In this document: piece after piece, positions 1-10,798 of the stretch | How positions within the stretch are numbered: the first letter of the stretch is position 1 | How the letters are laid out: the number at the start of each line of letters is the position of its first letter | Assembly (NCBI RefSeq): GCF_001194135.2 | Contig: NC_069005.1 | Location: forward strand, 22,161,398 to 22,197,391 | Length of the DNA stretch: 35,994 nucleotides | Origin: Octopus bimaculoides | Taxonomy: Eukaryota | Direction of reading: 5' to 3' | Position numbers and translations under genes: made by a program | The notes under the pieces: model-generated | What the model saw: only the letters and a program-made list of their open reading frames with translations | What the model was told of the DNA's origin: nothing | Databases searched by the model: none

Positions 1-94
1 GGTACCATTAATATAATTTCCAACCAGAAGCAGCGTGACACTACAATGAGACAATGTCAGCTCTGTTGAGTCACGCGTACAGCCAAAACGATCA

Positions 95-230
95 ATGGTC
101 GTGTATACTGTTTCCGTCTGTCCGATATCACTACTCAGGTTTTGGTAGATACTTGAGTAACATGCTGCGGTATCTAACCCAGAAAATTGTGACTGAGAAA
201 CGTACTCGATAATCACTTTGCCATTCGTCC
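95..230 (-). mobile_element. Highly degenerate SINE 5' part, family-B-like
   Basis: Minus strand reads ...ttctgggttagataccgcagc...cctgagtagtgatatcggacagacggaaacag, loosely matching the family B head and body (ccttgtgagtggatttggtagacggaaactg) seen elsewhere in the window. Confidence 0.4.
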
Positions 231-277
231 AACATAATCACATAAACACGTAAGCATTATACATCCGCTTACAATCA

Positions 278-282
278 CACAC

Positions 283-340
<58 letters not shown>

Positions 341-922
341 TCGTAAACGCTAGCTTGCAATCACCCAAATACGTTTAGACATACAAATTCAGATATACAT
401 GCATGCATACATATATAGATACTTACATACGTACTTACAGACACACAAACACTCATACATACACACACAAGTACACACATATACATGGATACAGGCATAA
501 AAACCTGCATACGTACGTACATACATACATGCATGAATAAATACATACATACAGACTCTTAGAAATATCGGTTGGTTGACATGGAAACAGCAGCTGGTAT
601 ATGTCATTTTAATGCTGGGCCTTTGGGTACAGAAAAAAATACACACAAACACACACAAACAAACAAACAAAACGGAAATCTTTATTTCGAAGAAGTGGAC
701 AAAAAGTACATTTCTGTCAAATGACACCACTTTGACTTTACATGTATGTGCGCGTATATTATGTATGTGTGTGTGTAAGCGTGTGTGTGTGCGTGCGCGC
801 ACACACGTATACATGTATACATGCATGCAAGCACACACTCAACCATCCATAGCTGCGTGTGTGGTATGTGTATGTGTACAGCATACATACATACATATAT
901 ATATATACATATAAATATATAT
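278..922. repeat. Compound microsatellite region (CGCA/CA/CATA/TG/TA)
   Basis: Direct reading: (CGCA)n(CA)n at 278-340, degenerate CATA/CA tracts, and TG/TA tracts up to the gap at 923. Confidence 0.9.
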
Positions 923-934
923 NNNNNNNNNNAT

Positions 935-1229
935 ATTCGTGGTCAAGTGGTTGGGGTGTTGCACTCTCACGATCGCAAGATTGTGATCTCAATTCCTAGA
1001 CCGGGTGGTGCACTGTATTCATGAGTAGACCACTTCATCTTACGTTGTTCTGCAATCACTTCGACAACCGACGCGTGGTACATCCTGCACCAGTTGAGAC
1101 AACGTTGATTTGATGGAGGAAGTGAGCTAATGTACATCACATACATTTGATCACTATAAACGAATCATTTGTGCAGGTCGTTCGGTAAGAGCTGAACGTT
1201 CAAACGTCATCTTGGACGGGAGAGTTCAT
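935..1229 (+). mobile_element. tRNA-derived CORE-type SINE, family D
   Basis: A-box-like gtggtcaagtggtt, tRNA-like ctcacgatcgcaagattgtg, B-box remnant tcaattcc, CORE-like tgtattcatgagtagaccacttcatcttacgttg. The head resembles family C but the 3' body differs. Confidence 0.65.
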
Positions 1230-1294
1230 CATACATATATATATGTGTGTGTGTGTGTTCTGTAATGTTACGTTATAGCACTCCAAAGCAGACT

Positions 1295-1470
1295 CTGTTA
1301 AATAATCATGCCGTTGGTAGATGGCGGAGGCAAAGATGGTTAAAGGACTACTTTGAAAGCATTTCTGAAGCCCTCAACATTGTGGGTGACTTGGGGAGTT
1401 GCTTGGCCTATAACTGACCAAACTGACCAAACTGCCAGGAATTGTTTTGGCGGGAGCGATACAAATTGTG
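1295..1470 (-). mobile_element. Possible Mutator/MULE transposase remnant
   Basis: Minus-strand translation LPPKQFLAVWSV(WSV)IGQATPQVTHNVEGFRNAF followed by HLPTA*LF resembles the MULE C-terminal W...P.TNN.VEG.HN.F...HP.IW motif. By-eye match only. Confidence 0.35.
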
Positions 1471-1745
1471 GTGCTCCTGTTGTTACAGTTGCTGCTGCCA
1501 CTGATGGAGTTGGGGAAACATTAAATTCATAAAATTGGGGCTACGATTACCTCTAAATGGCCCCCAAATTCCCATAGCTACCCTATACATAGGAGAGGAT
1601 TCCTTGCACTAACATGCCTCATCGCCCTCGCTGGACCCACCAGACCAGACATAGATGCTAGTCCTAAGTCTTCGTTACCTTATGTGTGTGGGTGTTTGTA
1701 CATGTATATGTACCCTTTATTAATGATTTTTACCCTTTCTTATAA

Positions 1746-1747
<2 letters not shown>

Positions 1748-1794
<47 letters not shown>

Positions 1795-1895
1795 NNNNNN
1801 NNNNNNNNNNNNNNNNNNNNNNNNNNNNNNNNNNNNNNNNNNNNNNNNNNNNNNNNNNNNNNNNNNNNNNNNNNNNNNNNNNNNNNNNNNNNNNN

Positions 1896-1932
<37 letters not shown>

Positions 1933-2000
1933 ATACATACATACATACATACATACATACATACATACATACATACATACATACATACACATATATATAT
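1748..2000. repeat. (TA)n - gap - (TA)n(CATA)n microsatellite
   Basis: Direct reading; the N gap at 1795-1895 lies inside the array. Confidence 0.95.
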
Positions 2001-2051
2001 TATTTAAGCCAAAGAACCTCACAAAACTAGATATCAATATCTAAGCGTTAT

Positions 2052-2241
2052 GAAGGTGGTGAGCTGGCAGAATCGTTAGCACACCTGACAAAATGCTTAG
2101 CGGCATTTCGTCCATCTTTACGTTCTGAGTTCAAATTCGACCAAGGTCGACTTTGCTTTTCATCTTTTCGAGGTCGATAAAATAAATACCAGTTAAGCAC
2201 CTCAGCCCCGAAATTAGTGACCTAGTGCCAGAATTCGAAAC
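2052..2241 (+). mobile_element. tRNA-derived SINE, family A, with 17-bp TSD
   Basis: A box gagctggcagaatcgttagc and B box gagttcaaattc. Perfect TSD caatatctaagcgttat at 2035-2051 and 2242-2258. Confidence 0.9.
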
Positions 2242-2602
2242 CAATATCTAAGCGTTATCTGAACTAACTTCATAGAATTATCTATGAAGAAAAACAACCA
2301 GTATCAATATAATCTTCACAATCCATGAATCCAGAATCACTTTCCACTTGACTAAAATGAAGGTAAACTCAGAATAAGCAGAGTAAGATATTAAACACGT
2401 CACAAAGAAGCATAACGAATATATATTGCCTTCATCAAACAAATATCGTTATGATTTCGACACCTAGACAATGTAATTCAATCCGGCAGCGTCAACAACG
2501 TCAAACACATAAACGCTGTCTGGGAATCAATAGCAATCGGCAGGACCGAAGGATTACTATCGTGCATCCATTACACCAAAACCTGCTCATTAATGCAAAC
2601 AA

Positions 2603-2836
2603 CATCAGGGTAAACAATTAACATTGGTTTCGAATTTTGACACAAGGCCAGCAGCTTTGGGGCGGGGCTAAGTCGATCAAATTGACCTCAGTATTCTACT
2701 GGTACTTATTTTATCGACGCTGAGAGGATGAAAGGCAAAGTCGGACTCGGTGGAATTTGAACTCAGAACGTGAAGACGGACGAAATACCGCTAAGCATTT
2801 TTCCCAGCATGCTAACGATTCTACCAGCTCGCTGCC
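2603..2836 (-). mobile_element. tRNA-derived SINE, family A
   Basis: Full-length reverse copy (gaatttgaactcagaacg...gctaacgattctaccagctcgc). A 13-bp flanking direct repeat ttaatgcaaacaa at 2590-2602 and 2837-2849 is the likely TSD. Confidence 0.88.
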
Positions 2837-3531
2837 TTAATGCAAACAATATTAACTTTACAAAGCAGTACCTACAAAACAAAGAACCGGCTCCCAAAAA
2901 GAACATTGCGATCCTTAAATTATTATACAAATGAATAAGTGAAGTAAATATGTTAAGGACAATTTATTCAACTTCTGACACTTGACATGATAAGACCGAC
3001 CCAAGGAACAGCAAATGAAAAACTTAAAACACCTAGATTATACAATGAACATAGACAACTAGATACGTTGTTTCTCAATCTATATCATATCACAAACATG
3101 ACACCACACTAAAAACAAGCCTAATAAAAACTAGCGGGAAACAGTATATCCCATGAGCAAAGTCCACGAACAATATACAAGGAAAAAGATGAACACTGAC
3201 CAATATACATACATACAGCCTTACATCCATCCGTACATCTATCCATCGACACTTACATACATACAAGCAAACTTACACACAAATAGATATACACACATAC
3301 ATACATAATACATATATACATACTTACACACATATACATGCAAACATACATACATACATAGGTATGGATAACAAAAAAAAAAAAAATGAAAACACACCTA
3401 CAGACGAAGTTGACCATATTTAAGACCGATGGATCAAAAGTATATTGACGGAATTTTAAGATTAAAACAACCCTACTTTGCTCCAGGTGGATTGGTAGNN
3501 NNNNNNNNCCCCCCCCCCACACACACGTACA

Positions 3532-3686
3532 TGACGGGCTTTCAATTTCCGTCTGCCAAATTCATTCAGAAGGCCTTTGTCAGCCCAAGGCTATAACAGA
3601 AGACATTTACTCATGATGTCACGCAGTGGGACTGAACCCAGAACCACGTGGTCGGGAAGCAAACATCTTACCACACAACCACGCCT
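3532..3686 (-). mobile_element. SINE family B, 5' half
   Basis: Reverse of the family B head (gcgtggttgtgtggtaagatg...gggttcagtcccactgcgtgacatc) running into a CA tract and a gap. Confidence 0.85.
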
Positions 3687-3800
3687 AATTCGTTCATGGC
3701 TCTCTTCTATGTGTGGTCTTATAGTATTCTACGAGTGTATCCTTAACATTATATGTACCCAGAATCAGTATTACAGTGTAATTAGGTTCCACCTCATACA

Positions 3801-3893
3801 CGACCAAAGCTTTGTGAGGCGATTTGGTAGAGGAAAACTGAAAGAAGCCCATTGTATATATATATATATATATATATAAATATATATATATAT
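3801..3893 (+). mobile_element. SINE family B internal fragment ending in (TA)n
   Basis: cgaccaaagctttgtgaggcgatttggtagaggaaaactgaaagaagccc matches the family B segment that precedes the internal microsatellite. Confidence 0.75.
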
Positions 3894-4035
3894 AAGGAGA
3901 ATTCACAAAAAACAACAGACGAAGGCAGGTGGTGTTGAAAACAAATAGATGTATTAGTATAACGCTCGGGAATTGAGAAAATCTTTAACGTTTCGAGCCT
4001 ACGCTCTTCTACAGAAAGAAACAAGGAGAGAAACG
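3894..4035 (-). mobile_element. Probable Penelope-like element terminal (pseudo-LTR) fragment
   Basis: Contains a minimal hammerhead motif typical of PLE termini and abuts a (TA)n tract. No PLE coding sequence is visible. Confidence 0.55.
3982..4019 (-). ncRNA. Minimal type-I hammerhead ribozyme motif (core variant A6U)
   Basis: Minus strand: TCTTT-CTGTAGA-A-GAGC(GTAG)GCTC-GAAAC-GTT-AAAGA. This gives a 5-bp stem I, core CUGUAGA versus canonical CUGANGA, a 4-bp stem II, GAAA, a loopless palindromic stem III (ACGT) and a GUU cleavage triplet. Confidence 0.65.
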
Positions 4036-4073
4036 GGCTTCTTTCCGTTATATGTATGGTGGAGGTGTTTGTT

Positions 4074-4121
<48 letters not shown>

Positions 4122-5032
4122 NNNNNNNNNNNNNNNNNNNNNNNNNNNNNNNNNNNNNNNNNNNNNNNNNNNNNNNNNNNNNNNNNNNNNNNNNNNNNNN
4201 NNNNNNNNNNNNNNNNNNNNNNNNNNNNNNNNNNNNNNNNNNNNNNNNNNNNNNNNNNNNNNNNNNNNNNNNNNNNNNNNNNNNNNNNNNNNNNNNNNNN
4301 NNNNNNNNNNNNNNNNNNNNNNNNNNNNNNNNNNNNNNNNNNNNNNNNNNNNNNNNNNNNNNNNNNNNNNNNNNNNNNNNNNNNNNNNNNNNNNNNNNNN
4401 NNNNNNNNNNNNNNNNNNNNNNNNNNNNNNNNNNNNNNNNNNNNNNNNNNNNNNNNNNNNNNNNNNNNNNNNNNNNNNNNNNNNNNNNNNNNNNNNNNNN
4501 NNNNNNNNNNNNNNNNNNNNNNNNNNNNNNNNNNNNNNNNNNNNNNNNNNNNNNNNNNNNNNNNNNNNNNNNNNNNNNNNNNNNNNNNNNNNNNNNNNNN
4601 NNNNNNNNNNNNNNNNNNNNNNNNNNNNNNNNNNNNNNNNNNNNNNNNNNNNNNNNNNNNNNNNNNNNNNNNNNNNNNNNNNNNNNNNNNNNNNNNNNNN
4701 NNNNNNNNNNNNNNNNNNNNNNNNNNNNNNNNNNNNNNNNNNNNNNNNNNNNNNNNNNNNNNNNNNNNNNNNNNNNNNNNNNNNNNNNNNNNNNNNNNNN
4801 NNNNNNNNNNNNNNNNNNNNNNNNNNNNNNNNNNNNNNNNNNNNNNNNNNNNNNNNNNNNNNNNNNNNNNNNNNNNNNNNNNNNNNNNNNNNNNNNNNNN
4901 NNNNNNNNNNNNNNNNNNNNNNNNNNNNNNNNNNNNNNNNNNNNNNNNNNNNNNNNNNNNNNNNNNNNNNNNNNNNNNNNNNNNNNNNNNNNNNNNNNNN
5001 NNNNNNNNNNNNNNNNNNNNNNNNNNNNNNNN

Positions 5033-5215
5033 GGTGTTAGTGTGTTTACGTACCCGTAACTTAGCTGTTCGGCAAAAGCGAACTATAGAATAAGTACCAG
5101 GCTTGAAAAAAAAAAAAAAAGGGCTCGGGTTGATTCATTCGACTAAAATTTCTTCAAGGCAGTGCCCCAGCATGGCTGCAGTCTAATGGCTGAAACAAGT
5201 TAAAGATAAAAGGTA
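5033..5215 (+). mobile_element. SINE family B, 3' half
   Basis: gtgtttacgtacccgtaacttagctgttcggcaaaag...gtgccccagcatggctgcagtctaatggctgaaacaag; emerges from the gap that follows a (GT)n tract. Confidence 0.88.
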
Positions 5216-5227
5216 AAATAGATTTAT

Positions 5228-5326
5228 AACTAGGCACTGGGGAGGGGTCGATTTCATTGGTTTATACCCTTCAAAATAGTGCTCCAGCATGATCGCAGTC
5301 TAATGACTGAAGCTAGTAAAAGAGTA
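5228..5326 (+). mobile_element. Second family B 3' tail fragment in tandem
   Basis: ggggtcgatttc...gtgctccagcatgatcgcagtctaatgactgaagctagtaaaagag repeats the family B tail. Confidence 0.7.
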
Positions 5327-6157
5327 TGAACATTCAAAAAGTAAAGAATTTGTCTTCATAGAACTTTCATAATGTTACCGCCACACAATTTGTGTGGTGA
5401 ACCCTATTTTGAGAACTGCTGACACAGAAAATTCTTGTTTAACCTGCTTTTAGTCAATTATCTATTTATCCAGTTATCATTTTAGTCGTCATCTGTCTAT
5501 TCATCTATATTTGTTCGTCCCCTGACAATATCTCCACAATTTAGGCGTGTTCAGTTAATAGCTGTTAGTAATCTACTGGCTCTGCACGACCTCTTTGTCT
5601 GTATGTCTAACTGTCATTTTAATGAGCTATCAAGCTAGCTTACAAAGTTACTTAAATCAAGTAGGTATTAATGTACTTAGTGACGTTCGTAAAAAAAAAA
5701 ATTTCTTAATTGAATGGCAAAAAAAAAAAGGAAGAAAAAAAAAAGAAAAAATGGCTAGCGTTAGCGACTCACGAAGAGAAGGGAAGGAATTAAGAAATTA
5801 CTTAAGAAAAATTTTAAAAATACTTATAGGGAAAATATGATCTTCGTTAGCAGAAACGCTGAAAATAAAGGACATTTATTGGTGTTATTGGACTGCATTA
5901 ACACAGCATAGTCAGTACAAAACTGCTTGACAGTATTTACACATAGAGAAAAGAATGTAGAGATATGAAACAAAATTATAAGACTGAGCCAAGGGAAATA
6001 AACTAAAACAAGCCAATGGCATAGATAAATATAATTCAAGTAAGTTTTCCTGCACCAGAGGACGTAGGTAAAAAAATTTTGTACATGAACTGAAATTACT
6101 CTCTTAGTTGAAAAAAACAGCTCACTAAGCAACTCATTTAGTAACTCCCCGCCAAAT

Positions 6158-7055
6158 GGGAGTAAAATATGGTTCTGTGGTTAAGAATTCGCATTACAAC
6201 CACGTGGTTTGCGGTTCAGTCCCATTGTGCAGTACCTTAGAAAAAGTACTTGGTTTTCTATTATAACCCTGAGTTATAATATATATATATATATATACCC
6301 ACATATATACATACATACATACATACATACATTACTGGTACTCCATCTGTTACGACAACGAGGGTTACAGTTGAGCCGATCAACGAAACAGCCTGCTCGT
6401 GAAATTAATGTGCAAATGGCTGAACACTCCACGGATACACGTACCCTTAACGTAGTTCTCAGGAATATTCAGTGTGACTCAATGTGACAAGGCTGGCCTT
6501 TGAAATACGGGTGCCACTCATTTTTGCCAGCTGAGTGGACTAGAGCAACGTGAAATAAAGTGTCTTACACAAGGACACAATGCGTTGCCAGGAATTGAAC
6601 TCATAACCTTACGATTGTGAGCCGAATACCCTAACCACTATGCCACGTGCCTCCATGCATGCATGCATGCATGCATGCATGCATACATACGTACACACAT
6701 ACATACATACATACATATATTCATACATACATACATATAAATGTACATACATACATAAGTACATACATGTGTACATAATACATATATACATGCGTACATA
6801 CGTACATACATACATGCATGCATTCATACATACATACATACACACCCGTGTGGGTCGGTGTGTCTTTGTCTTTGCCTCTACCATTACCACCGCTTGACAA
6901 CCAATGTTGGTTTATTTATGTTCCCGTAACCTTAGCAGATCGGCAAAAGGGACCGATAGAATGTGCATCAGACTTTAAAAAAAATAAGGTCTTGAGTTGA
7001 TTTGTTCGACTGAACTCTTCAAAGTGGTGCCCCAGCATGACCGCACTCAAAGACT
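6158..7055 (+). mobile_element. SINE family B split by its internal microsatellite and a nested family C SINE
   Basis: 5' part at 6158-6285 (ggttctgtggttaag...gcggttcagtcccattg) and 3' part at about 6858-7055 (ccaccgcttgacaacc...gtgccccagcatgaccgc), with CATA arrays and a family C SINE between them. Confidence 0.75.
6335..6653 (-). mobile_element. tRNA-derived CORE-SINE, family C
   Basis: Minus-strand head ggcacgtggcatagtggttagggtattcggctcacaatcgtaaggttatgagttcaattcc (tRNA-Val-like by eye), then tgtgtccttgtgtaagacacttta...tccactcagctggcaaaaatgag, which aligns to the CORE domain. Confidence 0.9.
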
Positions 7056-7207
7056 ATTTAAGAAAATTTAATCCCCGTATTTAAAGAGTGATCTGATCTT
7101 TGTTAGCAGGACCGGTAAAAACAAGACATATTTCGGTTAGATTGAATTTCGACGGCACAGTACAGTCAGCATCATTGCACTTGATCAGTAGATAGGAGTT
7201 ACCTGCT

Positions 7208-7606
7208 ATCTTTTATCTTTTACTTGTTTCAGTCATTGGACTGCGGCCATACTGGGGCACAACCTTGAAGAATTTTTAGTCGAATAAATCGACCCCTGTA
7301 CTATTTTTTTTTGTTTGATTGTTTTGAGTCTGGTACTTATTGTATCGTTCACTTTTGCCGAACCGCTAAGTTACGAGGACGTAAACACACCAACACCGGT
7401 TGTCAAGCGGTAGGTGACACAGACACAAAGATGCACAAATCCACGCAAGCACAGACACAGACACACAGGTACACACACATACGACGGACTTCTTTCAGTT
7501 TCAGTCAACCGAAAGGTTTGGTCGGCCCGAGACTTATCCAAAGTACCAGGCCGTGGGACTGAACCAGGAACCATGTGATTAAGAAGTTAAACACTTACCA
7601 GACATC
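7208..7606 (-). mobile_element. SINE family B, near full length
   Basis: Tail, 3' half, short CA-type internal tract and head are all present in reverse order. Confidence 0.88.
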
Positions 7607-7642
7607 CACATGAGGAATTTTTAACTCTATCTCTCTCTATTA

Positions 7643-7646
<4 letters not shown>

Positions 7647-7716
<70 letters not shown>
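7647..7716. repeat. (GT)n microsatellite
   Basis: About 35 perfect GT units. Confidence 0.97.
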
Positions 7717-7718
<2 letters not shown>

Positions 7719-7867
7719 CTGTCCGTCTGCCTGTCTGTCTATCTATCTATCTACCGATTCAGCTGACATCCAGTCACTGAATATCCCTAATCTAGATTAC
7801 ATCTTTCAAAAACAAGCCGTCTGCCTATCTCCTGTTTAGTCAATACATATAAAAATATCCCCTTCAC

Positions 7868-8160
7868 GCAGACAACAGCCAACATCGCTGTCTCTTGTTT
7901 GCAGACAACACCTTACAAACTGTCTACGGCTTGCAGACGACACCATTCAAAGACATATGTCACTTTTCGGACCACACCTAACAGATCAGCTGTCACTTGT
8001 TGTTGATATTTAACTGACCGTCTCGTATTTTCATTCAGCACTAAAGAGACCATCTATCACTTACAGACGACTCCTAAATGTCGTCTTCCTCTTGCAGACG
8101 ACACCTGACTGACCGCCCTTTTTACCGACAGACCACACCTTTGAGACGGACCGTTCTCTC
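7868..8160. repeat. Degenerate ~32-bp minisatellite, about 9 units
   Basis: RCAGACVAC-like unit starts at 7868, 7901, 7933, ~7967, 8063, 8094 and 8128, with spacings of 31-34 bp or multiples of that; units end in tgtc(a/t)ctt-like sequence. Confidence 0.65.
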
Positions 8161-8662
8161 ACACATGCAAATATCTCCTGCTAAACCCCAACGTCTCTCT
8201 CTCCCACCTTGTCTCTCACTCATCTACTCTCCCTCCTCTCATTCTCTCTCTCTCACCCTCTTTTTCTTACTCTCTCTCTCACTCACACACATACTCATGA
8301 AAGCTATTATTTTGAACAATTTGATCGATGTATATGTGCGCGCGTGTGTGTACGGGAGGCATTTGTATGTGTGTGTATGCGTGCGTGTCTGTGTGTATTG
8401 GCGAGGTCCACTCACATAAACATCAGCTTCTCTCACTCACTCAGGTAGATAAACAAAATACCACAAATATACTTAAACTACAAAAAAAAAAAACTTCGTT
8501 TGTCTCTAGAAACAATATATTTTAAAAAACAACAACAAAAAGAACAGTAAAGGAAATAAATAAATTAATTAAAAGATAAATCAGAAGACAATGACAAACA
8601 TTTTCAAATGACCGCCCGGACAAAATTAACTAACATTTAGAATGACCTGTAAACGTACAAAC

Positions 8663-8798
8663 AGGCGCAGGCGTGGCTGTGTGGTAAGAAGCTTGCTTCA
8701 CAACCACATGGTTTCCAGGTTAAGTCTTGTATTATAGCTTCGGACCGAGTAATGGCTTGTGCGCGGATTTGGTAAACGGAAACTGCTAGAAACCCGTA

Positions 8799-8841
<43 letters not shown>

Positions 8842-8845
8842 TATA
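8663..8845 (+). mobile_element. SINE family B, 5' half (internally deleted) ending in TG/TA tract at a gap
   Basis: ggcgcaggcgtggctgtgtggtaagaagcttgcttcacaaccacatgg...ggatttggtaaacggaaactg. Confidence 0.88.
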
Positions 8846-9357
8846 NNNNNNNNNNNNNNNNNNNNNNNNNNNNNNNNNNNNNNNNNNNNNNNNNNNNNNN
8901 NNNNNNNNNNNNNNNNNNNNNNNNNNNNNNNNNNNNNNNNNNNNNNNNNNNNNNNNNNNNNNNNNNNNNNNNNNNNNNNNNNNNNNNNNNNNNNNNNNNN
9001 NNNNNNNNNNNNNNNNNNNNNNNNNNNNNNNNNNNNNNNNNNNNNNNNNNNNNNNNNNNNNNNNNNNNNNNNNNNNNNNNNNNNNNNNNNNNNNNNNNNN
9101 NNNNNNNNNNNNNNNNNNNNNNNNNNNNNNNNNNNNNNNNNNNNNNNNNNNNNNNNNNNNNNNNNNNNNNNNNNNNNNNNNNNNNNNNNNNNNNNNNNNN
9201 NNNNNNNNNNNNNNNNNNNNNNNNNNNNNNNNNNNNNNNNNNNNNNNNNNNNNNNNNNNNNNNNNNNNNNNNNNNNNNNNNNNNNNNNNNNNNNNNNNNN
9301 NNNNNNNNNNNNNNNNNNNNNNNNNNNNNNNNNNNNNNNNNNNNNNNNNNNNNNNNN

Positions 9358-9450
9358 TCTTTCTTCCTTTCTTTCATTCTTCCTTTCTTTACTTCTTTCC
9401 TTCTTTCTTCTTTCTTTCTCTTTCTTTCTCTCTTTCCTTCTTTCTTTTCC
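9358..9450. repeat. (CTTT/CCTT)n pyrimidine tract
   Basis: Direct reading after the gap. Confidence 0.9.
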
Positions 9451-10334
9451 ACCGTTAGATCCTGTAAGTCGGCTACTTTGACATTGGGTTCCGTATAAGT
9501 TAGTCGTTTTCTTTTCCAATTCCGCAGATTGTTTTTCTTTAATTAATTTCTATTAAATAGGTTGGTTCTTCTTCATTAAATTGCTATGAAGTGATTATAT
9601 CCTTTGCATCAACAAAAATGATCACTTTGTTGCGTTTGGGGTTTTTTTTTTTTTTTCGCATTTATTTTGTTCATCTGATATATTTTGTTCATGATTTAGT
9701 TCATCTTTTCACTCTTCAATAATTTACTTGGATGATTCATCCGTAGAACGAATAGTTACACACACATACACACACAAGCCTTACAAAAGTAAATTGAAAG
9801 AAAGAAAGAAAGAAAGAAAGAATCAAGCACTAAAATAAACAGAAAAATCCCCTCGAATCTAAACTGCTACTGCGTGGCTCGTGTCCGTTGACCGGCGATG
9901 ATTGTTAACAAAACGTCTGCTTCAGATGACAACAAATTTTCAAGTGGACGCCATTGTCAGATAGACTTCAGTATTTTATATCTACTGTAAATGTAAGACT
10001 TAGAGACGACCACACACAACACCATAATTACACGCTTCTTGACTAGGTTTTAGGGATCTTGGCTCCAATGTGTAGTGGCTGATACTATACGTTTGGTGCT
10101 GGTTTTCTGGGTGCGATATTGTGGTGCTTCTTTTTTTCTTTGTTTTTTTTTTTTTGTTTTTCAAATTTTCGTTTTGCTTTCAAATGTGTGGGTGTTTTTC
10201 TTCAGTTCGAAAAGAGAAATGATAACAATACTATTAATACAATTCACAATTATATACACATACATACACAAGTATATATGTATGTATGTATATATATATA
10301 TATATGAATGTTCGTAGACACACGTATGTGAATA

Positions 10335-10357
10335 TATATGTATGTATGTATGTATGT

Positions 10358-10424
<67 letters not shown>
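10335..10424. repeat. (TATG)n(GATA)n compound microsatellite
   Basis: Direct reading. Confidence 0.95.
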
Positions 10425-10425
<1 letters not shown>

Positions 10426-10539
10426 GTAAATAATTAGATGCGTACATATCTAAATTCATAGACACTCATATACATACATACAAAGCTACATATATCCGTG
10501 CATTCAAACATACGCACATCCGTAAATACATACATACCC

Positions 10540-10675
10540 AAACGTACTGAGAAAAACTCAAACTTCCTTTCCCTTGCACAAACGTATCAGTTTCCATCAT
10601 GAACTGCAAGTTTAGTATGAAAGAAGCCTCATTGAAGCTTTTGAATTACCATTTGATGAATCAAATTCTTAATGA
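10540..10675. repeat. Unclassified ~140-bp dispersed repeat, copy 1
   Basis: aaacgtactgagaaaactcaaacttcc...ctcattgaagcttttgaattaccatttgatgaatcaaa aligns colinearly with 13869-14008. Confidence 0.7.
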
Positions 10676-10798
10676 ATTCTCTCACTTCCATTCACCCAGT
10701 ACACACACACACACACACATACATACATACATACATACACGCATACATACATACATACATACATAAATACATACATACATACATACATAAATACATAA

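Noticed and set aside
2260-3250. A-rich stretch as a LINE endonuclease/ORF2 relic
   Set aside because: No diagnostic motif could be read in any frame.
7105-7208. 7-bp inverted repeat (tagcagg/cctgcta) as MITE ends
   Set aside because: Too short, no TSD, and expected by chance.
7868-8160. CRISPR-like repeat-spacer array
   Set aside because: The context is eukaryotic, the repeats are degenerate and non-palindromic, the spacers resemble each other, and no cas genes are present. Treated as a minisatellite.
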